From: Verrucomicrobiales bacterium
GTDB lineage: Bacteria > Verrucomicrobiota > Verrucomicrobiia > Verrucomicrobiales > V1-33
Direction of reading: 5' to 3'
Length of the DNA stretch: 18,102 bases
NCBI GenBank assembly: GCA_031411295.1
Contig: JANOAV010000126.1
Location: 1 to 18,102 of the forward strand
Part shown: positions 9,533-17,978 of the stretch, in pieces
Position numbering within the stretch: the stretch's first letter is position 1
Layout: the number at the start of each line of letters is the position of its first letter
Program-made: the position numbers and the translations under genes
Notes under the pieces: generated by a model
Database searches by the model: none
Told to the model about the DNA's origin: nothing
Seen by the model: only the letters and a program-made list of their open reading frames with translations

Positions 9533-9588
9533 TGAGGGGTGTAAATGCGGTGGACACCCTTGCTGGATGGGTTCAGGCTGGGGAAGTT

Positions 9589-10833
9589 ATGAATTTCTCA
9601 AATCCCTATTTCACTGTCATTTTGCTCACCGTGCTCAGCGTGCAATTCCTGGAAATGTTGGCCAGTTGGTTGAACTTGCGTGCCTTGCAACCAACCCTGC
9701 CCACTGAGTTCAAGGATATCTACGATGAGGAGGCTTACCGGAAATCACAAGATTACTCACGGGAGAGCGGTCGCTTCGGGTTGTTCACTAGCACGCTGAA
9801 ATTAGCTGTGTTCCTCGGTTTCTGGCTTTCGGGTGGATTTGGCTGGGTGGATACTTGGGCGCGCGGGCTTGGGGTGGGGGAGGTCGCGACGGGATTGATC
9901 GGCATCGGGGTGCTTTACTTAGCCAGTCAGTTGCTGGAGATGCCGTTTGCTTGGTATGAAACGTTTGTGATTGAGCAACGTCACGGCTTCAACAAATCCA
10001 CCAAGGCAACGTTTATCGGAGATCAAATCAAGAGCCTCTTGCTGGCCGCGCTGATAGGGCTGCCGTTGTTGGCGCTGCTGCTCTGGGCCTTTCAGAAGTA
10101 TCCTCAGGCTTGGCTAGTGGCTTGGGGGGTGACCACGGTGTTTGTGCTGGTGCTGAGCTATGTGGGGCCAGCTTGGATCATGCCGCTCTTCAACAAATTC
10201 ACGCCCCTGGCGGATGGGGAATTGAAATCCGCCGTCACGGCCATGGCGCATCGCTGTGGATTTCCCTTCCAGGAAATCAGTATCATTGATGGCTCCAAAC
10301 GCTCGACTCGCAGCAATGCGTTCTTTGCCGGGCTGGGCAGGAAGAAAAAGATCGCCCTCTACGACACGTTAGTAGAACAACAAACCGTGCCCGAGTTGGT
10401 GGCGGTGTTGGCCCATGAGATCGGGCATTTCAAATGTCGGCACATCCTGCAACGGTTGGTGTTGAGCCTGTTTCAGCTGGGGGTGCTATTTTTTCTGCTG
10501 GGTAAATTTCTCAATAACCCAGCACTGTTTTCAGCGTTTGGCGTGAGTCAGACCAGTGTCTGGCTGAGTTTTGTGTTCTTCATGTTCCTCTTTCAACCCG
10601 TGCAATTCTTCCTGGGAATCTTCCTGGCTTGGTGGAGTCGGAAGCACGAATACGAGGCCGACGCCTACGCTACCAATGCGGTCGGCGGCCCGCAGGATCT
10701 CATTTCCGCGCTGCGGAAATTGGCCCGCAGCAATCTCTCGAACCTAACGCCGCATCCGCTCCCAGTGTTCCTGCATTACTCGCATCCACCGCTGCGCGAG
10801 CGACTCCGCGCGTTGGCCGCCCTTGCAAAATAA
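9589..10833 (+). CDS. M48 family zinc metallopeptidase, Ste24/CAAX-protease-like
   Basis: Multi-TM protein with FVIEQRHGFN, DGSKRSTRSNAFFAG, LAHEIGH (HExxH), EYEADAYA and HYSHP. Start placed at ATG 9589. Confidence 0.93.
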   Translation: MNFSNPYFTVILLTVLSVQFLEMLASWLNLRALQPTLPTEFKDIYDEEAYRKSQDYSRESGRFGLFTSTLKLAVFLGFWLSGGFGWVDTWARGLGVGEVATGLIGIGVLYLASQLLEMPFAWYETFVIEQRHGFNKSTKATFIGDQIKSLLLAALIGLPLLALLLWAFQKYPQAWLVAWGVTTVFVLVLSYVGPAWIMPLFNKFTPLADGELKSAVTAMAHRCGFPFQEISIIDGSKRSTRSNAFFAGLGRKKKIALYDTLVEQQTVPELVAVLAHEIGHFKCRHILQRLVLSLFQLGVLFFLLGKFLNNPALFSAFGVSQTSVWLSFVFFMFLFQPVQFFLGIFLAWWSRKHEYEADAYATNAVGGPQDLISALRKLARSNLSNLTPHPLPVFLHYSHPPLRERLRALAALAK

Positions 10834-10948
10834 GATCACCATGGGAATATCCGTTGGAGTTTCGCTTTTAAGCGGTGCCTCACGGCAAGCCCTTGATTCA
10901 CCCGGACCACATTGGGTCAGATGTTCGAGCGTCCCACCATCAAGAACG

Positions 10949-12406
10949 CTATGAACTTTGATAGTTCACTGGCTCTTCGGTGATCGTGATGTCATGGGCG
11001 TGGCTTTCTTTGAGGCCACCAGCAGTGATCCTCACGAACTGGGCTTTCTCGCGCAGTTCGGCCAGGTTGTTGGCTCCGACGTAGCCCATGCCGGAGCGCA
11101 GACCACCGACTAACTGGAAGACGACATCCCGCAGGGCTCCGCGGAAGGGCACACGACCTTCCACGCCTTCGGCCACCAGTTTGCCACTGGAATTCTGTCC
11201 GTAGCGATCACCTGATCCCTGACGCATGGCCTTCAGGCTGCCCATGCCGCGGTATTCCTTGAACGTGCGGCCTTGGTAGTTCACTAAATTTCCCGGGCTC
11301 TCCACGGTGCCAGCCAAGAGCGATCCGAGCATGACCAAATCGGCTCCCGCCGCCAGGGCTTTGACAATGTCCCCGGAGTAGCGAATGCCACCGTCTGCGA
11401 TGGCCGCCACGCCGTGTTCCCGACAGATGCGGGAGACATTTTGGATGGCGGTAAATTGAGGCACGCCGACCCCTGCAATGACGCGGGTGGTGCAGATGGA
11501 GCCCGGTCCCACGCCAATTTTGATGGCCGAGGCACCGGAGGAAATGAGATCTTTCGCGCCTTGTTCGGTCACGACGTTGCCCGCAATGATAGCCACGTTA
11601 GGGAAGCGGTTCTTCAGTTCCTGCACCATCGCCATGACGCGACTGGTGTGACCGGTGGCGGCATCAATGCCGATGGCATCCGCCCCGGCTTCCACGACGG
11701 CGGCCGCACGTTCCAAGGCGTCTCCGCCGACCCCAATCGCGGCGGCCACGCGGAGTTGGCCGCGTTCGTCCTTGGCCGCATCCAGGAACATTTCCCGCTT
11801 CTGGATGTCCTGACTGGTAATCATGCCGACGAGCGCCCCGGCCTCATTAACCAGCGGAAGTTTTTCGATGCGGTGTTTGTAGAGCAATTCCCGGGCGGTC
11901 TCCCAACTGGTATCAGGCCCGCTCACGACCAAACGGTCCCGTGGGGTCATCACTTGCTTGACCCGATCTGAAGCATTTTGCACATACCACACGTCCCGCG
12001 TGGTCACCATCCCCAGCAGTTTCCCAGCAGGATCCACTACCGGAAAACCGGCCACCCCCCGTTGATCCATCGTTTCCAGGAGCGCCTGCAACGTCATTTC
12101 TGGATCCACGGTAAACGGACTGGCAATGACGGTGTTCTCGGAGCGCTTCACCTTGGCAATCATCTCCGCCTGCCGCGCTACCGGAACATTGCGATGCACC
12201 ACACCCAAGCCGCCCTGGCGTGCCAGCGCGATCGCCAGTTCACTCTCGGTCACCGTATCCATGGCGGAGGAGATCACCGGGATGCGCAGCTTCAGGGCCG
12301 GAGTCAGCTGGGTGCTGACATTGGCGTCAGAAGGAATGATCTCACTGTGCTGGGGCACGAGGAGAACGTCATCGAAAGAAAGACCGAGGGGTATAGAATC
12401 GTTCAT
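10949..12406 (-). CDS. guaB: IMP dehydrogenase
   Basis: Motifs [19 protein letters not shown], a CBS pair, catalytic [33 protein letters not shown] and LRSGMGYVG. Confidence 0.98.
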   Translation of the reverse strand: MNDSIPLGLSFDDVLLVPQHSEIIPSDANVSTQLTPALKLRIPVISSAMDTVTESELAIALARQGGLGVVHRNVPVARQAEMIAKVKRSENTVIASPFTVDPEMTLQALLETMDQRGVAGFPVVDPAGKLLGMVTTRDVWYVQNASDRVKQVMTPRDRLVVSGPDTSWETARELLYKHRIEKLPLVNEAGALVGMITSQDIQKREMFLDAAKDERGQLRVAAAIGVGGDALERAAAVVEAGADAIGIDAATGHTSRVMAMVQELKNRFPNVAIIAGNVVTEQGAKDLISSGASAIKIGVGPGSICTTRVIAGVGVPQFTAIQNVSRICREHGVAAIADGGIRYSGDIVKALAAGADLVMLGSLLAGTVESPGNLVNYQGRTFKEYRGMGSLKAMRQGSGDRYGQNSSGKLVAEGVEGRVPFRGALRDVVFQLVGGLRSGMGYVGANNLAELREKAQFVRITAGGLKESHAHDITITEEPVNYQSS

Positions 12407-12456
12407 GGAGCAGGGAAACGAAGGAGCCGGGTTGGTTGCGCCTTATACCAAAGATG

Positions 12457-12484
12457 TTTCTACGCAGAGTGTCGGGGGTGTCAA
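12457..12484 (-). promoter_or_regulatory. Possible guaB promoter
   Basis: Perfect TTGACA on the minus strand (12484-12479). The -10 is only weak (TAGAAA at a 16-nt spacing). Confidence 0.35.
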
Positions 12485-12514
12485 AGAGAAACGTGCCGAT
12501 TGGGGAAATTGCAG

Positions 12515-12708
12515 AAATCCCCCCACTGCCATCCCGCCACCTCCAAGAACGTGATGCGGCGGTCCCAGCCGCACGCTCAGCGATGCACGTTCCGTTGTTA
12601 GAACTAAGTTGCTAGGCCCCGCCCGCCGGACTGCACCTGTGTCAGGCAGCTTATTGGAAAACCTCTAAAAAGCCTGCCTTCGGTGGTGTTGCCAGTGGCG
12701 GGGGATTT
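12515..12708. ncRNA. Structured ~195-nt RNA candidate, possibly 6S RNA (strand unresolved; minus slightly favoured)
   Basis: The ends pair in a long imperfect closing stem (AAATCCCCCCACTGCC...CCACC with GGTGG...CAGTGGCGGGGGATTT). By eye the minus strand folds as a rod with an A/U-rich central bubble, an inner stem and a GU-containing terminal hairpin. Size matches 6S RNA. No covariance model was run. Confidence 0.5.
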
Positions 12709-12816
12709 TTCGTCCGTGCTCCAGTGGCGTGAATGAAACGGGGACGGCGTTCCAGGGACAGTGATGGACCATGAAACCGCCCTTGCTTCCAGCGGGAGAG
12801 CGCTTTCCTGTAGGGG

Positions 12817-13761
12817 ATGGAGTTTTATTTTAGGAAAGATGGTCAGACGATCGGCCCGGTCTCGATATTTCGAGTGCGCGAGCTGCTGGAGGATGGTGGG
12901 CTGACGCCGGAGCATCAAGGCTGGCATGAGGGGATGGAAGCATGGAAGCCCTGTAAGGACATTCCGGCACTTGCTGGTTTGATCAACTGCGATAACCCCA
13001 AGGAGGAGCAGGATGCGCTCTCAGCGGAGGCGGATTTCCTGCCGGATCAATACTACAACGGACCTGCGATGACCTTGGGGGACGAGGATCCCGCGGTGCC
13101 GCCTCGGCTGCCGGCCAATTTGGAACTGGCGCACACTCGGATGTTACTGCAGCTCCGGCAGGGGCAGGCCTGGCGTCGATTTTTCGCCCGGTGGATTGAT
13201 CAGTTGCTCTGCTGGATGCTGCTGACACCCGTGGCGGTTTGGCTGGGCTGGATTGAGTTGGGTGAACTAGCGCTGCCAAGGCTGATCGTGCTGCTATTCC
13301 CGCCGTTCCATTGGATTCCGCTGGAAGCCTGCTGTCTGCGTTACTGGGGGCGGACTCCGGGGAAATTCTTACTCGGGCTCCAGGTCACGACCAAAGACGA
13401 CGGTGCGCTCAGTTGGCGCCAAGCTTGGGCCCGGTCGTTTGATGTCTGGTTTGGTGGCTGCGGCGTGGAGTTGCCCTTGCTGGCTCCATTCCTTAAATTT
13501 CTCTCGCTCGTAAGATACCGCCAATTGGGCGAAACGGCTTGGGATGCGGCCCTGGATTTGAAAGTGACTTTCCAGCCGCTTTCCCGACTGAGCATCTTCA
13601 GTGGGGTGATCCTTGCAGCGCTGGGAGTGGCGCTGAGGGTCTATGTGCTCTACGCAGCGCCACTGCCAACCCAATTGGATGAGGAGGAGCGCAAGTTCTA
13701 CGAAATGATTCGCCAAGGGCCAGAAGCACGTCCTGTGCTCCCGAAGGTGGCAGGCAGTTGA
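12817..13761 (+). CDS. RDD family membrane protein with N-terminal GYF_2 (DUF4339) domain
   Basis: N-terminal GPVS..VRELL..G.LT...WHEGMEAW.P pattern, followed by RDD motifs WRRFFARWID and GRTPGKFLLGLQV. Confidence 0.85.
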   Translation: MEFYFRKDGQTIGPVSIFRVRELLEDGGLTPEHQGWHEGMEAWKPCKDIPALAGLINCDNPKEEQDALSAEADFLPDQYYNGPAMTLGDEDPAVPPRLPANLELAHTRMLLQLRQGQAWRRFFARWIDQLLCWMLLTPVAVWLGWIELGELALPRLIVLLFPPFHWIPLEACCLRYWGRTPGKFLLGLQVTTKDDGALSWRQAWARSFDVWFGGCGVELPLLAPFLKFLSLVRYRQLGETAWDAALDLKVTFQPLSRLSIFSGVILAALGVALRVYVLYAAPLPTQLDEEERKFYEMIRQGPEARPVLPKVAGS

Positions 13762-13862
13762 ATTAGACGCGGGGGAACTGGCCGCGAGCTCAATACGGTT
13801 CACTTAGCCTTAGTGGCCTTAGGCCATCGTCACGAAAGTTCCCACGAGTTCGGTTCTGCAAC

Positions 13863-13947
13863 CTCTGCGAATCTCAGCGCCCCCTGCGGTAAATCCACCA
13901 ACCCGCCGCCAACAGAATTACCGCAGAGAACGCAGAGGACCGCAGAG
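13863..13947. repeat. Imperfect inverted repeat built of CGCAGAG subrepeats
   Basis: Arms 13863-13892 and 13918-13947 are complementary at 23 of 30 positions. Each arm has three 9-10-nt units (CTCTGCG / CGCAGAG). It lies between convergent genes. Confidence 0.75.
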
Positions 13948-13951
13948 CTGG

Positions 13952-14770
13952 CTAGGGAACGCGGGGGAACTTGGAGAAATCAGGTTTCCGTTTCTCGATG
14001 AAGGCTTGCTTCCCTTCCTTGGCTTCCTCGCTCATGTAGTAAAGCAGGGTGGCATTTCCTGCCAGGTCCAGCAGCCCCATCTGCCCATCGCAATCGGCAT
14101 TCAAGGCACTCTTCAAACAACGGAGGGCCAGCGGGCTGTGTTCCAGAATTTCGTGACACCATTTCACGGTTTCGGTTTCCAATTCCGCCAGGGGCACGAC
14201 GGTGTTGACCAGGCCCATTTCCAGCGCCTGCTGGGCATCGTATTGGCGGCAGAGATACCAGATCTCCCGGGCCTTCTTTTGTCCCACGATGCGGGCCAGA
14301 TAACTGGAGCCCAGACCGCCGTCGAACGAGCCGACTTTCGGGCCGGTTTGGCCGAAGCGGGCATTATCTGCCGCAATGCTGAGATCGCACACGACATGGA
14401 GCACATGCCCGCCGCCGATGGCGTAGCCAGCGATCATGGCGATGACGGGCTTGGGGATGCCACGAATTTTCTTTTGTAAATCCAGCACATTCAATCGGGG
14501 CACGCCATCTGCGCCCAGATAGCCCGCATGACCCCGCACCTTTTGATCCCCGCCAGAGCAAAACGCCAAGTCGCCCTCGCCCGTGAGGATGATGACGCCT
14601 ACGGATTCGTCTTCGTGTGCCAGTTCAAAGGCTTGCAGCATTTCCTTGACCGTGAGGGGTCGAAAGGCATTCCGCACTTCCGGGCGGTTAATCGTAATCT
14701 TCGCGATTCCGGTGCCGGAAAGTTGGTATTTGATATCGGTAAAGGTGGCTGCGTCGGTCCAGGTAGTCAT
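13952..14770 (-). CDS. menB: 1,4-dihydroxy-2-naphthoyl-CoA synthase
   Basis: Crotonase fold with MenB-specific motifs [54 protein letters not shown] and [11 protein letters not shown]. Confidence 0.97.
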   Translation of the reverse strand: MTTWTDAATFTDIKYQLSGTGIAKITINRPEVRNAFRPLTVKEMLQAFELAHEDESVGVIILTGEGDLAFCSGGDQKVRGHAGYLGADGVPRLNVLDLQKKIRGIPKPVIAMIAGYAIGGGHVLHVVCDLSIAADNARFGQTGPKVGSFDGGLGSSYLARIVGQKKAREIWYLCRQYDAQQALEMGLVNTVVPLAELETETVKWCHEILEHSPLALRCLKSALNADCDGQMGLLDLAGNATLLYYMSEEAKEGKQAFIEKRKPDFSKFPRVP

Positions 14771-14874
14771 GCGCTTAGGGGAAACTCAGTTTGCGCAGTT
14801 GGCAACCCGCTTTTCTCGCGCTAACTCCCACGCCTTGAGTTAGTGAAGTCTGCGTGCGAATCATAATTTAACGA

Positions 14875-14903
14875 TTGCCAATCATTCGCCTTCCGATGAT
14901 AAT
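14875..14903 (+). promoter_or_regulatory. Putative sigma70 promoter of the exosortase operon
   Basis: TTGCCA-17 nt-GATAAT, 31 nt upstream of ATG 14935. Confidence 0.55.
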
Positions 14904-14934
14904 CTGGCTATTCCGTGTTCACTCCCATTCTTTA

Positions 14935-15858
14935 ATGGATTCCCCTCCCTCCCATCTGTCCAAGCCTAAAGGTCCTGAGCTAATCCTCTTGGGGTTGTGC
15001 GTGGTCGTGATTTTGGTGTTCTACGGGGTCCTGCCGATCTTTCGCGTGGTGACCGATTGCACTTCGTTTTATGTGCTGGCCAAGTCTTGGACGGATGAGA
15101 CCGGCTATAACCATGGTTGGTTCATCGTTCCTGCCATGAGTGTGGTGATTTGGAAAAACTGGGCCCAAATCAAAAAAGCGCCGATCCAACCTTCAAATTG
15201 GGGATTGGCAGTGGTTATTTTCAGTTTGCTCCTTTTCGTGATCGGCGTGCGCACGATCCATTGGCGGATTTCACTGGGAGCGCTGCCCATTCTAATTTAT
15301 GGCATGTTGCTATACTTGTGGGGGGCACGCCGGGCGAGTTACTTCATTTTTCCCCTGGCGTTATTCTATTTTTGCGTGCCGCTGCCGGGCTTGGTGCAAG
15401 CGACCTCCAGCCTGCAATTGATCGTGACCAAGTTTGCCGCCAAGCTGGCCACGCTGTGCGGGATTGCGCTCGATGTCTCCGGCAACAAAGTGTATTTGCT
15501 GGGCAAGGGGGACTTTGATGTGGATGAGGGGTGCAGCGGCATTCGCTCGCTGATGGCGCTGCTGCTCATTGCCTTTGTGTTCGGTTACTTTACCCATAAA
15601 GCAGGGTGGAAGCGCACCACGATCTTCCTGTCAGCTGTTCCTCTAGCCATCATTGCCAACATCTTGCGGATCTTTTCCATTCTGTTCGTGGCGGATAAAA
15701 TCAGCGTCTCTTTTGCGCAAACCATTTATCATGATAAGGTGGGCTTCCTGAGCTTCGGGATTGCGCTCGGATTGCTGCTCCTGCTGAGCCGGATCCTTGA
15801 AAAGGGCTTCCGCGGTGGGCCGAAGACGATTGTCAAAAGATCCGGCCCGCCCAACTGA
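14935..15858 (+). CDS. Exosortase (EpsH/Xrt family)
   Basis: Multi-TM protein with YNHGWFI and a Cys-Arg-His triad: DEGCSGIRSL, ANILRI, IYHDKVG. Start placed at ATG 14935. Confidence 0.92.
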   Translation: MDSPPSHLSKPKGPELILLGLCVVVILVFYGVLPIFRVVTDCTSFYVLAKSWTDETGYNHGWFIVPAMSVVIWKNWAQIKKAPIQPSNWGLAVVIFSLLLFVIGVRTIHWRISLGALPILIYGMLLYLWGARRASYFIFPLALFYFCVPLPGLVQATSSLQLIVTKFAAKLATLCGIALDVSGNKVYLLGKGDFDVDEGCSGIRSLMALLLIAFVFGYFTHKAGWKRTTIFLSAVPLAIIANILRIFSILFVADKISVSFAQTIYHDKVGFLSFGIALGLLLLLSRILEKGFRGGPKTIVKRSGPPN

Positions 15859-15867
15859 CATCAACTT

Positions 15868-16740
15868 ATGACCAAGCGTCTTGCCATCCTCTTTGTTGTG
15901 CTCCTTTGCGGGTTCAGTAGCATTTGGTTGCTGCCCAAGTCCTTTGCGCTGCAGATTAGTGCGCTGCCGGGAGGGCTGCGCGATCCGGGCCAGACCTATG
16001 ACCTGCCGAACCTCATTGGGTATTGGTCGGGTGGGAAGCCACGCAAAGCCTCCGAAAAAGAAATCAAAGTGCTGGCTACGGATACCCAATTCCTCAAGAA
16101 AAGCTACCTGAGGCAAAACACCGCCGTCATGCCACCGCGCCTGCCGCTGGATGCCACCGACCAGCAACGGGAACTGGCGAACACCCGCTATGAAGAATTG
16201 GAAGTCTCCATTGTGACTTCCGGCTCCGACATGGGAAACAGTATTCACCGGCCGGAACGCTGTCTGGTGGCGCAGGGATTCAGTATTTCCGGGGACAAGA
16301 AATTGCTCCTTCAGGTCAATGGGCGGTCGCTTCCAGTCAAACGCCTCGTGGCCACGCAGCATGTGAAGGACGAGAAAACGGGACAGATTTATCATTTTCA
16401 GAATTTAACCTACTACTGGTTCATGGGGCATTATGCGCTTACGAACGACCACTACGAGCGCACCTACTTGGATACGAAAGACCGTCTGATTCAAGGGTAT
16501 GACCAAGAGTGGGCCTACGCCACCGTGGGCATGATGGTGGATCCGCACTACAGCGAATTCATGGACGAAAATCGGCCGGATAAACGCATCCTCACCCGGC
16601 CCGTCAATGCCGTCGTGGAGGACGCCAACGGCCTCACGGAAGCGGACAAAATCATTCAGGAATTCATTATTGATCTGGCCAAGGAAGTGATTGATCGCAA
16701 GATGATCAAGGCGTGGAATCCTGCATCCAGCAAGCCCTAG
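15868..16740 (+). CDS. Exosortase-associated EpsI family protein
   Basis: N-terminal anchor, IHRPERCLVAQG (HxPExC motif) and TYYWF. It starts 9 bp after the exosortase stop. Confidence 0.85.
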   Translation: MTKRLAILFVVLLCGFSSIWLLPKSFALQISALPGGLRDPGQTYDLPNLIGYWSGGKPRKASEKEIKVLATDTQFLKKSYLRQNTAVMPPRLPLDATDQQRELANTRYEELEVSIVTSGSDMGNSIHRPERCLVAQGFSISGDKKLLLQVNGRSLPVKRLVATQHVKDEKTGQIYHFQNLTYYWFMGHYALTNDHYERTYLDTKDRLIQGYDQEWAYATVGMMVDPHYSEFMDENRPDKRILTRPVNAVVEDANGLTEADKIIQEFIIDLAKEVIDRKMIKAWNPASSKP

Positions 16741-16741
16741 C

Positions 16742-17407
16742 ATGGCATCGGCGGAGCGCATTGCTGTCATAACCGGTGGTCAGGGAGATCTGGCGCAGGC
16801 CATTGCTCAGGCGTTCCCGAGCGACATTTACACGGTCCTAACTCCCAGTCGGGCGGAACTGGATGTCAGTTCGCGAGACTCCGTTCAATCGTATTTTGCC
16901 GCCTTGCCCCAGGTGGATTTGCTGATTAACAACGCAGGCCTGTGCGATGATGCCCTGATGCTGAAACTTACGGATTCCGCCTGGAACGCGGTGTTGGACA
17001 CGAACCTCAAAGGCGCCTTCCTAACCAGCCAGGCCGCCCTGAAATCCATGCTACGCAGACAGCAGGGACATATCCTTAACATCGGCTCCTATGCGGCCCG
17101 CCGCGGGCCTGCTGGCCAGGCCAACTATGCCGCCGCCAAAGCTGGATTGATCGCCCTAACCCAATCGCTGGCCCGGGAAGTGGGGAGCCGGAACGTCCGC
17201 GTGAACTGCGTGCTTCCAGGATGGTTGGAAACAAAATTTACCGCCCGTGTGACCCCGGGCAAGACCGCGCAGGCCTTGGAGGAGCACGTCCTCGGGCGCT
17301 TCAATACCGTGAGTGAAGCCGCTCGCGCCATCGTCTTCATGGACACATTGGAGAATATGAGTGGTCAGGTTATCCAGCTGGACAGCCGGATTTCCAAATG
17401 GTTTTAA
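16742..17407 (+). CDS. Short-chain dehydrogenase/reductase, FabG-like
   Basis: Motifs VITGGQGDLA, LINNAG, NLKG, GQANYAAAKAG (YxxxK) and VNCVLPG. It starts 1 bp after the EpsI stop. Confidence 0.9.
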   Translation: MASAERIAVITGGQGDLAQAIAQAFPSDIYTVLTPSRAELDVSSRDSVQSYFAALPQVDLLINNAGLCDDALMLKLTDSAWNAVLDTNLKGAFLTSQAALKSMLRRQQGHILNIGSYAARRGPAGQANYAAAKAGLIALTQSLAREVGSRNVRVNCVLPGWLETKFTARVTPGKTAQALEEHVLGRFNTVSEAARAIVFMDTLENMSGQVIQLDSRISKWF

Positions 17408-17436
17408 ACGGCTCTGCGTAGAGGCGGACAGTAATA

Positions 17437-17470
17437 CTCCTTTGTTTCCTTCGTTACCTTCTGTTCAAAA
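17437..17470. repeat. Three 9-nt tandem units (orphan half-element)
   Basis: CTTTGTTTC-CTTCGTTAC-CTTCTGTTC followed by AAAA. No complementary arm was seen in the window. Confidence 0.5.
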
Positions 17471-17529
17471 GCAGCTTCGCGCACGCTTTCGAAGGCCCGA
17501 CCATTCTTTGCTGGTTCACACAGGCCGAG

Positions 17530-17603
17530 ATTATTCTGTAACCATTATTTTGTTCCCCTTCCCACTCCCGAAGCAGGGAACAGAATAATGGTAACAGAAT
17601 AAT
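17530..17603. repeat. 28-bp inverted repeat with internally duplicated arms
   Basis: 17530-17557 and 17576-17603 are complementary at 26 of 28 positions, with an 18-bp spacer. Each arm holds two ATTATTYTGT units 14 bp apart. Confidence 0.85.
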
Positions 17604-17731
17604 GAGCGATGCCTGAATCAAGAGGGGGGCGCTGCAAGAAAGGCTTGGCTTGGTCGAAATGTTAAAGAGAACGTAAGGCGGCAAGGGATCGCGGATTTAC
17701 AATACCCGTTAGAAACCGCTGTTTTACTCCC

Positions 17732-17860
17732 GAAAACCTCCCACCATCACCAAATGAATGTCGTTAGAAGCTGAAAACGCGTCCGCACGACCAAACGAAT
17801 CTCATGAGGAGGCGAAAAGTCGTCCGCAGTAGCAAATGAATGCGAAAGTGGCGGAGAAAA
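17732..17860. repeat. Degenerate 41-bp tandem repeat (3 copies plus the start of a 4th)
   Basis: GAAAA occurs at 17732, 17773, 17814 and 17856. AnCAAAYGAAT occurs at 17749, 17790 and 17831. CGTCCGCA is shared by copies 2 and 3. Confidence 0.7.
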
Positions 17861-17861
17861 T

Positions 17862-17978
17862 GTAGTTATGGACTTTAGTCCGTAACAGACCACGCAGGTT
17901 GGCGCAGGCGTCCCCACATCTAAGTTGGCTTCCTCTTCCCCGTTCGTCCATTCGGGTGCGGACTAAAGTCCGGCACTA
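17862..17978. repeat. GTAG-type REPIN; right arm interrupted by intron insertion
   Basis: Left arm GTAGTTATGGACTTTAGTCCGTAAC (17862-17886) and right arm GTGCGGACTAAAGTCCGGCACTA (17956-17978). A 13-bp perfect inverted core spans 17870-17882 and 17959-17971. The right arm ends in CTA instead of the expected CTAC. Confidence 0.8.

Noticed and set aside
12407..12816. Purine riboswitch upstream of guaB; also tmRNA, RNase P or SRP RNA
   Set aside because: I could not find the purine aptamer core or the signature motifs of those RNAs. The likely guaB promoter lies downstream of the structured element.
11978..12927. ORFs 11978-12601, 12126-12554 and 12604-12927
   Set aside because: They are antisense to or overlap guaB, the RDD gene and the structured RNA, and show no recognisable motifs.
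193..17346. Many other 60-250 aa ORFs nested in or antisense to the called genes
   Set aside because: These are shadow ORFs expected in GC-rich coding DNA.
17361..17684. Short ORFs 17361-17588 (+) and 17454-17684 (-)
   Set aside because: They are read through palindromic repeats and have no protein-like features.
17732..17860. CRISPR array
   Set aside because: The repeats are degenerate, the variable parts are only 12-14 nt, there are 3 units, and no cas genes are present.
17866..17978. Integron attC site as the intron target (GTT...AAC motifs present)
   Set aside because: There is no properly ordered complementary RYYYAAC...GTTRRRY pair and no cassette ORF. The junction ACTA| differs from the attC-type insertion site.
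17956..17978. Rho-independent terminator before the intron
   Set aside because: The hairpin has no U-tract and has an inverted partner arm at 17862-17886, so a REP explains it better.
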